From positions 238,266,001 through 238,330,000 of the forward strand of contig OZ024742.1 of NCBI GenBank assembly GCA_964016885.1: a DNA stretch of 64,000 nt, given 5' to 3'. The notes beneath the pieces are model-generated. The model had not been told where the DNA came from and did not search any database. It saw only the letters and a program-made list of their open reading frames with translations. The first letter of the stretch is position 1. Every line of letters begins with the position of its first letter. This document shows, piece by piece, positions 53,205 to 64,000 of the stretch. The position numbers were made by a program, and so were the translations under genes. Origin of the DNA: Eledone cirrhosa (lineage: Eukaryota).

Positions 53205-53391
53205 ATTGTTGCTACTTTTGGCACAAGGCCAGCAATTACCCAGTACATTACTGGTACTTTATTTTATCGACCCCGTAAGGATGAAAGGCAAAGTTGACCT
53301 CGGCGGGATTTGAACTCAGATCGTAAAGGGACGTAACCATGCTGGAAAGCATGGCGTCCGACCCTCTACCGATACTGCCTAGCTACCGCCC
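53205..53391 (-). mobile_element. tRNA-derived SINE, family A, with TSD
   Basis: Reverse complement of the consensus; tatagatatata on both sides. Confidence 0.88.
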
Positions 53392-55189
53392 TTATAGATA
53401 TATAATAAGACCAAATGACCATTTAGAGTAATTGAAGTGAATCAGTCTAGTCAACGGATAAATATCACACACACACACAAACACACACATGTATACACAT
53501 CCACATACACACACACGCACACATCATATCAGTAAAAGTATTTCTATTCTCCTCAATTTGTTTTACAAGATTAGTTTTGTAAGCATGTAAGAGTGAAAGC
53601 AATCTAGCAGTAAACTGAAGTAAAGTCAATTTACAATACAGTTTGGGTTTCTTATTACAACCGGTTCGCTTCACTTGAAATGTTATTGAGAAAGCCGTGG
53701 AAGTTTCTTATAGAGATATTTCCTTCTTTGTATAAAATCTGATGTCTTCTGTGTTTCTTCGGCATGTGAAAAATCAACACAATCGAAGATTAGTGCTTCT
53801 TAGGCTTGTATTAATTAAATTTAAGTTCTAGAAAAGTAGTTTTCAAAAGCCCCGGTCACATTCCTCCGCTTGCAATCCCAGGTTTCATCAATATCGTCCC
53901 GAATTTTATTTAGTAAATGTTTACCTCAGTAGCAAATTGACACGAGCAAGCTTTTCAAACCACAATACTTGTATATTTCCAAACCTAATTGAGTCTGAAG
54001 TTGCGGTTTGTTTTAATTACTTAAGTCGTGTTCTCACTGATAGTAGGCTGGATTTTTATTTCATTTGATATATATACACTGTAAACTATACTTTCCCAGG
54101 CTGGATTCCTCATCCTTGGCTAGCATACCTCCATTAGGATTTGACATTTCCGCCTACTTCATTCTAAAAATAAATAGTCAGACACTGTGTGACAGCTCGT
54201 TCGATGAACTATACCTGTAACAGCCTTGTTACAAATTGTGTCATGATGAATCTCTGAAAATTATGTTTTTGTGGAATACTCAGCCACTTAACCGTAATAC
54301 AAAGTGTATGCCATATTACACACTGTCATACAGAGATGTCCTTGGAATTATGTTCACATGTATGTGGAGTACTCGGCTAATTACACTATATGATGGAATG
54401 TAACTATAATTCAAAGGGCCAGTTTTGTCACATATCCTGTCAGGGCTGATTTTACCTGAAAATTACGTTAAGTGTAGACATATTTGTGGAATACTGAGCT
54501 ACTTACACTTTAATGGGGGATGAACTGGACCTGTAATTCAAAGCGCCAGCCTTATCACTCGCTGTCACGTTAAATCTCGTTAAGAATTACGAGAAAGTGT
54601 ACGCGTGTCTGTGGATTATTCAGCCACTTATATGTGAATTTCATTAGCAGGCTGTTCCATTGATCGAACAACTGGAAAACACATCGTCGAAACCGATGGA
54701 TGTCCATTCCTATATGTGAGAAATCGATATAATGAAAGATTAGTGCTTTATAGGCTAGTATTTATGTAGTCCATGCTCTAGAAAATAAATCCTGCTTCTT
54801 TGTTCATTCCACGCAAAGTTAATGAGATAGGCCGTATCAATTGAACTAAGAGTTTAATAGATTATAAGTCCTCACTCTAGAGAGGTTTATATATTTCCAA
54901 TATGGCTGTTAGGTAATTACCGTCTGGTCTTAAACTGGTATCTAAATTTCTAAAAATGTGTGTTCTCATGTGGAATGAACTTTCGTCAAATTCGATACTA
55001 AAATTTCCAATTGTTCATCAACGGAACAGTCTACTCGTTAAATTAGCGTGCAAGTAGTTAAACGTTCCCCACACACAGACACACACGCACGTGTACCGTT
55101 TACGTATTTTTTTAGGTAGATTCAGCGTAACACAATGTGTGACATGGATGATTTGTTGGATTACACACACATATAATGATACACGTAAA

Positions 55190-55465
55190 AGCACGTGGCC
55201 TAGTGGTAAGGGTGTTGGACCTACGATCATAACGTTGTGGGTTCGATTCCTAGGTTGCGTGTTGTGTTCTTGAGCAAAACACTTCATTTTGTGTTGCTCC
55301 AGTATACTCAGCTGAAAATGAGTACCAGGAATAGTTGGGGGTTTATCCCTGCGATGGACTGGCGTCCTGTCCAGGAGAAGTCTTGTACTCTCAGTCGCTT
55401 CACACAATGATACCGAGATAAGCACCGGCCAAATGAGCCTTCTGGCTTAAGACAGACTTTAGACA
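55190..55465 (+). mobile_element. tRNA-derived SINE, family B (3' part also at 26337-26493)
   Basis: TGGCCTAGTGG and GGTTCGATTCC boxes; cagctgaaaatgagtaccag..gcgatggactggcgtcctgtccagg..ctggcttaagacagactt. Confidence 0.8.
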
Positions 55466-57399
55466 TTTATGCATATACACACACGCATCCATCATCGAAT
55501 CTGTAATTGGGATATACCAAACAAATAACAAATAAACTGATAAGGCAGGAGTTCATGAACAGTTTAACTTTGATGCCCCACCACTACCACCTTTCTTCAA
55601 TATAAAATTATGTTGGAATTTCAAAGATATAATGTTTAGACAAATTGCCCCCTCTCCTACAAGTATTCCAAGTGAATGTGTGTGGCGCAGTGGTTAGTGT
55701 TCGGTTCATGAGAAATACTTACATGTATGAACAGCTGACCAAACATAATGCTATTGAACATAAAACAAAACTGGATGGAGTAAAGGAAATCGATTATCCA
55801 ATATAGGTTCAAGATGTATGTTGTGGACCCGTAACGCCTGGTGGAGTCGCTGGTGTGGCGGAGTGACATACACTGAGTCTTAGGCACTTTAAACCAGGCG
55901 AAGCCCATCTCTCTACAGGTTTGAACACAACCGATTTCTTCTTCCGTCTACGACAACGCCGACGATGATGGTGAGAATTCACCTCAGTACTTGACTGGTA
56001 CTATTTGGTGACCTCGAAAGGATGAAAAGCGAAGTATATTTCGGCGGGATTTCAACAGGGCAGGTAACTAGTTAGTGTGTTTAGTCAGATATAGAGAGAA
56101 GACCTAATATCAATTACCAATATCTACTGGGCAGGTAACTAGTTAGAGTACAGAGTGAGATATAGATAGAGAAGAAATGATACCAATTACCATATATACC
56201 ATACTAATGAGAAATCTGCAACCATTACACTGGACTGTGAGGCCGTGTGACGTAATGGTTAGGTTATTCGGCACTCGATCGTAAGGTCGTGAGATCGATT
56301 ACTTGACTGAGCGGTGTTCTGTCTTCACGTTGCTCTAGTCCACTTAGCTAGTAGTAATGTACCTATATTTCAAAGAGCCAGCTTTGTCACACTGTCCCAC
56401 GCTGAATCTCCCTGAGCACTATGCTAAGAGTATACATGCCTGTGGAATGCTCAGCCATTTGCACGTTAATATTGCAAACATGTTTCGTTGATGCTTATTA
56501 ACTGAAACAATAATCGCTGGAACCGACGGATATCCTGCACGCACGCACACACACACATTGTTAATGTATTATTATATAGTAGTATCACCACTACAAAGTC
56601 GTGCTCTGAATATCTATCCCACTTTATATAGTATCACATTGTACTGTACCAGGAAGTATAAAAGTATTATAAACACTAAGAGTAATGCTATGAATTCTAA
56701 TTCATTTGCTATACTAGCAGAAGTACTGGCCCTCGGGTATTTTTCTCCTTGTGTAAGTATATGTGTGCGTGTGATTCATAATTTATCTATTAATGTATAC
56801 AAATGTTAGGTTTCTAATTTTGATACAACGCTAGCAATTTAGAAGGTAAAGTTGATCCCCCCCCCCCCACACACACACACTTAAGTAAGCAAAGCAGAGT
56901 CAAGATTGAAACATACCAACACAGCTCCTTTGATGATATTCAAATCCATATTTATTTTCAAATAAAACGGCTTTTTACCGACTCTCAGATACGTCATAGA
57001 CCCTATTTTAGGAGCATGCAGTGTAGGGAATCTCTTATATTTCGTAGGCTAAATTTCTTTCGTAACGAGAGAATGATAGGGACTTGCAAAGACATATTTG
57101 ATTTTTGCAGTTTATTTACTTTAATACTTAAGAGCTGAAAATGCCTGATGGAAGCGTTCTAGATGAATTCTATACGTACACGTAGAGTCTCACATTCTAA
57201 ATGTAGCGATTGAAAAAAACAAAACTTCAATCAGTTGAGTCTATCCTCGCTATTTCAAGACCAAAACTTCTTTTGGAGTTGTTGCTAAATTAATGTTTCG
57301 CTGAAGAGATCTAATAAGATCGAAATATATCCTTTGCTTTTCCCACGTTAGCATAAAGATAACTTCTACCACCGCTGCATTATCTAAAAATGCTTCAAA

Positions 57400-59350
57400 A
57401 ACCTTCAACCCGTTCGTGCTATAGGAGTTGTCTCTCTTATTTGCTTTTTACTATCTGAACATCACCTTAAAGTGAGTTTCAGTCTTGAAATTGCGAGGTT
57501 AGTCTGAGCTGATTGAATTGTTTTCACGTTCGCTACATTCAGAATAGGAAACCTTGTGCGTGTATAGTTATAGGAGGATATATTGGACGAGACTCTGCTT
57601 AATGGCTCTTTCACACGGGTCACTATCGCCATATTCACTCACCTTATAACAAATGTACTGGGGCGGGGGAAGCCCTTCCCTCTTCACTCTCACCCTCCTT
57701 TCTTTCCAAGTGAAACTTGAAAAAGTTGATATGGGATTGGCTGAAGAGAAAAGTGCCTATCTTCAGTCCTTTCAAACTGATCTATTACATAATCTCTTTT
57801 ACTACGCCGCCTAAAGAAGACGGCAGAGCGATCTTCACTATGGACTTAGTCGATAGACGGATCCGTCCTACACACAATACCAGCTGTTCGACATAACACC
57901 ACAAGTCAGTAATGCATGGACATTGGACGAGTTCATGCAGAACGCTTTCGTCACTGTGCGCATCTCGGACAAGTCTATCTGACAGCACATCCATACCTCT
58001 AGAGTTTATTCCGGACCGGCAGTGCCCCTGGTACCACTGCCAAGCGGGGAATTTCTGGAAGTTATCCATTATCCCCGGCTTGAACGTTTTCTGGAACAGA
58101 CTGGTCAGAGCCTCTCCAAGATCGTCGTCGCGCTTGCTCACCACTAATCCTATATAGAACCCAAGTGTGGAATTTCTTGACCCAGGACTGCAGCTCAATA
58201 AAAGAGACGAGCTGCGGAATGGCCTGTCTCACAAACGGTGACCAGGCATGTTCACCGTTTAAGCACAAACCGGAAAGAGTCGCTGAAAATAAACAGTATA
58301 AGATATTTAAGCTGCTACATAGCTTCTGGTAATCATCTGCATTGTAGATTTGATAGGTAAACCAATGCTCCGCCCATCTGTGAGAGATGAATCTACAAAT
58401 TTCGACTAGCAAGTCTCTTTTCTCTGGTAGAAAAATAAAATCCAAAAGAGCTAGTATTGCTCTACAATTCCATTTTACATTACTCAAATTAGATACTTTT
58501 AGAAACTTCACTTTAGGAAATCTTCCAGTTTCTTCGAAAAAGCGGAAAACTCGAGTTAAATGAAATAGAAATGTCCAATCATCACGCCATCCTGCTATTT
58601 CAGTAATCTCTTCTTTACCATTCTTGAAATTCTTCTTGAGCTGTTCGTAGTTATTTACAAGTTCACGGATAAACGGATATTCGATATTGGGTGACGTGTT
58701 CTTTCCTCCAAGTTCGTCATCCATTACTATGCGAAGCACTCGGTCAAGAACATGATGTTGACAGCCAATGTTGAAGTTGCTGTTGTTGTTGTTGTTGTTG
58801 TTCGCTCTAAGGTCACATTTCTTCTTTTGGATGGATGAATAATTTTGGAGCTCGCAGTCTCTCCAGTTGTATATCCAACATGTCTTTTGCTTTCGATCTG
58901 AAGATGATATAATTGTCTGTTCTCACTACACAGTCATTTACCATTTTTTCTTTTGGATATTTTCTTTATTTCGCACATTCATCGTAGGTGTTTAACACTT
59001 GATCCAGTCTTGCTTGTATGACTTGAGTTGATAAATTTTGGAAATTTGATTTCTTTTGCCATAAACTTGTTACCTTTTTAGCGATTTCTTTTATACGATC
59101 TTTCCTTCCTTTGGTGGATGCTCCAATGAACAGATAGCGACCAACTATTTGTATTTGGAGTGGTATCCCGCTTTACCTTTCCAGTGAATGTTCTTCTTGT
59201 GGAACAGTTCTTCTTTTCTTATGTGATTCTTGTTTCTTTCAGTGGTAGTAGCAGTTTTTTTATGAAACATTATGCTTAAAAATGAATACTTGGAGATCTT
59301 TCAGCTAATCAACAGATTGCTTTCTCAATCAGGAATCTTGTATATTCTGA
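57400..59350 (-). pseudogene. Decayed hAT-like (hATm-type) DNA transposase
   Basis: IGCQHHVLDRVLR (CxxH), WRDD..FLFHL, LSNVKWNCRAILALL (RWNS-like) and C-terminal CERAIK. Interrupted at 57785-58290. TIRs not resolved. Confidence 0.6.
57785..58290 (-). mobile_element. L1/Tx1-type LINE C-terminal fragment nested in the transposase
   Basis: GC-richer insert; DNFQK..AW....G...DESVLH.LVQCP.I.DLW.YVEQL resembles the zf-RVT/CCHC region. Confidence 0.5.
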
Positions 59351-60057
59351 AAGAAAGAAAAGTATTTGATCACAAACACAACACACATTTCCCATTTGCC
59401 TTATCTAAATGACAACCCAGCCGGCGCTCACGCTAATATAGTCCCATGCACGTCATAAATTTTCAGAAAGTTCTAGAAGGCTTCAAAAAGTTCTAGAAGG
59501 TTCCAAAAAGTCCTAGAATACTACAGAGAGCCATAGTACTACTATACTTATATGCGATTTTTAAAATTTCGTGTTGGGGATGACATATTTTACAAAATAA
59601 ACAAATTTAAACCTTTCTTCATTATTTTTTAATAAAGGTTCATCGAATTATGATACAGGAAATCAATTATTTTACAAAAACGAAAAATGTCATAAGACTA
59701 GTGTGCTTATGTGTTTGGAAACTATGTTGGTCTAGAAGGAAGCTGATGAATCATATGACGCTATAGTTCTATTTTTTTATTTTTAGTTTGCTATCTTCAT
59801 TATTTTTATTCTTTTTCGCAATTCTCCAAACGTTCTGCTCCATCGATCTCATTCCCGCTTTTCTCTTCTCCTCTCGTCTCCTCTTTTCTCTCTCTATACC
59901 CCTCTCATTTCTCATCTCATGCTTTCGGCTCTCTTTCTTCCTTTCTATCCACCTCTCCGTTCAATATGTGGTTATATCTTAACCCGACTTTTTCTATACA
60001 TATAGTATTCGCGCTGAGAAAACTTCAATTTTAGGAAATTATATATATATATATTTA

Positions 60058-60126
<69 letters not shown>

Positions 60127-60195
60127 GAGTCCAGGATTCAATCAGGGGTAATCACAGTTAGTAAGGGTAAGGTATTCAATACATTAGTAGATTGT

Positions 60196-60331
60196 TAACA
60201 TCAAGTTTAATATAGAAATGACTTCTACAGGTCTACAGCTGTTTCATTTAAAAGAAATCATCAGGATGATTTATTTTTAATGAAACGGCGGTAGTCCTGT
60301 AGACTCCATTTCTATATTAAACTTGATGTTA
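60196..60331. repeat. ~135 bp foldback containing a hammerhead core (inverted PLE pseudo-LTR-like)
   Basis: Arms taacatcaagtttaatatagaaatg..ctacagg.ctac.gc.gtttcatt and its reverse complement. The minus strand reads CTGATGA-TTTCTTTTAAAT-GAAAC-AGCT-GTA. Confidence 0.75.
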
Positions 60332-60346
60332 TATATATATATATAT

Positions 60347-60551
60347 ATGGTTGGCTCTCGTATACATTCAAACTATTTCTTGTTGAAAGCAACACAGAGA
60401 TTATAGAAAATGGCTTTTCTATGGCCTAGCGGTAGCTATATATATATATATATATATATAGTTACCGCGAGGCCATAGAAAAGCCATTTTCTATAATCTC
60501 TGTGTTGCTTTCAACAAGAAATAGTTTGAATGTATACGAGAGCCAACCATT
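60347..60551. repeat. ~200 bp near-perfect palindrome centred on (TA)n
   Basis: ~90 bp arms atggttggctctcg..gcggtagc and gttaccgc..cgagagccaaccat with about 2 mismatches. Confidence 0.95.
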
Positions 60552-62994
60552 TTCAGAGTGCTAACAAAATGTATATTTGTACTGGACCGTCTGCCCGTAA
60601 TTTTGCCCGGACACGATGGGTTTTTGCACGTGCAGACTGCATTAACAGATGCAACCTGCAATCTGTTAGTTACAGTGGCAGCATATTGCAAATATGAAAA
60701 TCAAAATACTGCAATGCTTCGTCAGCGGATGTTATTAAATTGCAAGAGACTCGAGGTAGCCTAAAGATATCTAGATATCTATCAATTTTTCCAAAACAAG
60801 ATTATTCATCGTATATAAATCAATAAAGTTTCCTTATTTTTTTGGTGGTGGTGGTGGTGGTGATGGAGTTGTTTTTATTTTCACTTTTTTCATGTTTTTA
60901 CTCAATTCAGTCATCAGACTCAGATCATGCTGGGACACCCCCTTAAATGGATTTAGTTGATCAAAAGGATTCTAGTGTTTATTTCACCAATCTGATTTGT
61001 TTTCTTTTTCTTTTTCTTTTGTCGAACCGCTAATTTACGAGACACACAAGACACTGCTCAACCTGAAGTTATATGTGCCTCGCAGTGGGAGTGAACCTGA
61101 AACCACATGGTAACAAAGCTCACTCCATACTCACATCGTCATACCTGCGCCTGTACTCGATATTTTATAGTATAGTATTGCCCCATCGCAAATATGTCAA
61201 TGAAAATACAAAAACATTTAGAGGAAAATAACTTTCATGTCATTTTAACCAGCCTTCTTCTTCTTCTTGTGGTGGTGGTGGTGGTGATGGTGGTAGTGGT
61301 GGTGGTACTCAACAACGTGTTGTTAGTGGTCGGTAGGTATGTTAAAATTATTTGTTGCCTTGCGGACAATGTCTGAAATTTCCTGCTATTTTGTTATTCA
61401 TTACTTTGAAGATAAAACTGATAACTTATGTAAAAAGAAATATCATCTTATCACGAAAAATGAATAAAAAATCTATTGAAAGCTGGAATTAAGACAATTG
61501 ATTTAGTTCTAGTTTGGACTAAATCTCATTTAATCTAGAAACGTCTGAACATATTAATTCCTTTAAACATTGATATTTTAAACAAGGCTTAGTTCACTTA
61601 CGAAGTATTGGAGAATTTTAAATTCGAAAATATTGTCGTAAAAATACAGATAACTATGATAATAATTATTTTTTATTTTGCCACGTCAAACAATTTGTGG
61701 AAAGGGGAATCGATTACATCGATTGCCAGCACTTGGCTGCTGCTTCATTTAAACAACTTCGGAAGGATGAAATGCAAAGTTGACCTCGGCGGGATTCTGG
61801 AGCAAATAATGCTAAGCATTTGTCCAACGATCTAACCACTCTGCCAATCTACCGTAGATAACTATAATTGTTTCTGGTTTAGGCACATAGCCACTAAAGT
61901 GATGTAACTATATACCACAAAGCGTGTTGTCCAACGTTCTGCCGATACTGCACTAAAACATTTCTATATACGAGGGAGGTGTGGTTCGATTTTTCGCAAG
62001 AAAGCTGTTCCGTTAATCAAATCAACTGGAACACTCATCGTCGTAACAGACGAGCGCTCAACAACAAGACAATAGATTCAATTCACTATGGGACTAAAAC
62101 TCATTTCATCTCGAAATGTTCAGATATATTTCTAATATTGTCATAGTCGTTCCTTCAAACGATTTCTTTTGAAAATCTTCAAAATCATTAACACCTTAAT
62201 TTACGAGAATTCGGTATTAAGTTCCTATGATCGAATTTCAGTTTCACGTCATATGTACAATTTATTCCTTAGATATTTACTAACAACAATACTTGAATAA
62301 TTGAAATCGTTTCTGACAATTCTTTTCCTATTTTCTTTATCCTTTTTCTCTTACTCCCTCGCCTTCTTTTATTCGTAGTAGGAAATCACTTTGTAGTTAA
62401 ACCGATGTTTTGTTATTTAACCAAATGACTTGGCAATCTAGTTTTTATTGGACTTTCTTTGTTCATCGTGCATTTGATGATTCTTGTCTAGGCATTTCGA
62501 GAAGCACCGTTCAAAGAATAAGCAATTTAATACTGAAGCGATTAGATGCCGCAATATGACTAAAAACAAATCCAATCGCCTAACGATTCTAGAAGCTGCA
62601 AACTCCGTCATATTTTATCAATATAATATTATAGAATTATGATTGGGATTTAAAAAGAGCGGTCCTTCCATTTTGTTTTGTTTATAATATTGTATTCTCT
62701 AACTGATAAAGTCTACCCTACTACATATCCTCTGTGAAGAGATACAGTATGCATTCTTGGCTAATTAAATCAAATAAGTTTAGGTTTTGTTTATGTGGTG
62801 TCATGAGCTCCCTTTGACATTGTTATTCTCTCTTTCATCTGAAACGAGCTCATTTTGATATCGTTATCCTCACTTTGATGTGACATTTTCATACTTAGAA
62901 TTACAAATACTGTAGTTTCCATTATCAGACACTAAATAAGAATTTAAAATTTAAAATTAATACCGAAATAGTGAAACAGTTTAACATTGTTATT

Positions 62995-63172
62995 ATCGGA
63001 CATGCTTTATGGTCCCTTTACGATCTGAGTTCAAATCCCGCCGAAGTTAGCTTTGCCTTTCCTCCTTACGGGGTCGATGAATCAAAGCACCAGTAATGCA
63101 CTGGGGTCGATTTAATCAACTTTCCCCTCCCCCAAATTTGCTGGCCTTGTGCCTAAAGTAGAAACAATTATT
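62995..63172 (+). mobile_element. tRNA-derived SINE, family A, with (ATT)n tail
   Basis: B box, core and tail match. Confidence 0.8.
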
Positions 63173-63199
63173 ATTATTATTATTATCATTTCATTTATC

Positions 63200-63640
63200 T
63201 TGCTTACATTTGTGATATACTTATTCGGTGGAATTTTCCTTAGTATATGGGCAGTTCCATTAGTACTATCTTTCGTATTTGTTCTATACTCGAGTTTCCT
63301 GAGATTTGGGATAAGTAATCATTAGCCCCCTTAGGTAACATTCCGAGAGCGCCTACAACCACTGGTATTGTTTTAGCTCTCAACTTCCACATTTTTCCAA
63401 TCTCTATTTGTTCAATTTTTCAAATGTGTTTATAGACACATTCTTTTCTCTAGGAACGGTCATGTCAATTAACAGGGATTCCCTCAAGCTAGACGTCAAT
63501 AGAGAATATTTATTTTCCGATATCTTTGTAATAATTGTGATTAATGAGACATCTTAACTCGTCTTTTCCTTTGCATTTTCCAATATCTTTATTTTCTCTG
63601 TTGATATTATTGTTTTACTTATTTTTTCCATGCTTCCATG
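63200..63640 (-). mobile_element. R4/Dong-like RLE non-LTR retrotransposon 3' fragment
   Basis: The minus strand gives LLIDMTVP, GKMWKLRAKTIPVVVGALG and GTAHILRKI. Confidence 0.7.
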
Positions 63641-63789
63641 GATTGGACCTGTGATTCTTAAACATGAGGAACTGGGCCGGCAGTAGAGGAAGTTTAAATC
63701 CCAGGTGAAAAGGTTTAGCCAAAGAAGAAGAATGGGAGGAATCTTAGTGAGGGGACAAATCCAAACTGGGAAAGGATTGTGTAAATTGT

Positions 63790-64000
63790 GTAGACACCAA
63801 ACTATAGTGTATATTGTGTATATACCAAATGGAATTCCAATATACCCAGCTATAGTGTATATTGTGTATATATCAAATAAAATACCAAACTACCAAACTA
63901 TAGTGTATATTGTGTATATATCAAATAAAATACCAAACTACCAAATTATAGTGTATATTGTGTATATATCAAATGAAATACTAATATACCCAACTATAGT
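63790..64000. repeat. ~49 bp minisatellite running off the window end
   Basis: Repeats of actatagtgtatattgtgtatatatcaaat.aaatac. Confidence 0.9.

Noticed and set aside
56713-56740. CTAG plus short GC stretch resembling a Helitron 3' end
   Set aside because: The hairpin is weak and no matching 5' end was found.
62480-62530. LGISRSTVQRI helix-turn-helix-like peptide
   Set aside because: Too short, with no surrounding ORF or TIR to support a transposase call.

Overview
AT-rich, microsatellite-dense animal genomic DNA. The SINE/LINE repertoire is consistent with an octopus or other coleoid cephalopod (inference). The only host gene I can support is a + strand TRPC-type cation channel: an ankyrin-repeat exon at 25486-25644 and a probable first coding exon at 5800-5912. 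The rest of the window appears to be intron filled with mobile elements: three Helitron RepHel relics, several non-autonomous Helitrons, one near-intact RTE LINE with a PHD finger inside its RT, older RTE/Tx1/CRE/R4 fragments, Penelope-like fragments with hammerhead-ribozyme motifs, a decayed hAT-like transposase, MITEs and many tRNA-derived SINEs. The most unusual structure is the 6.7 kb Helitron at about 7787-14530. Its RepHel gene lies antisense to the only recognisable 3' hairpin-CTAG end, sits between ~300 bp inverted repeats, follows an ~800 bp palindrome and is bracketed by a ~50 bp direct repeat. Most ORFs in the supplied track are microsatellite artefacts. All family assignments come from motif recognition by eye, not from database searches.
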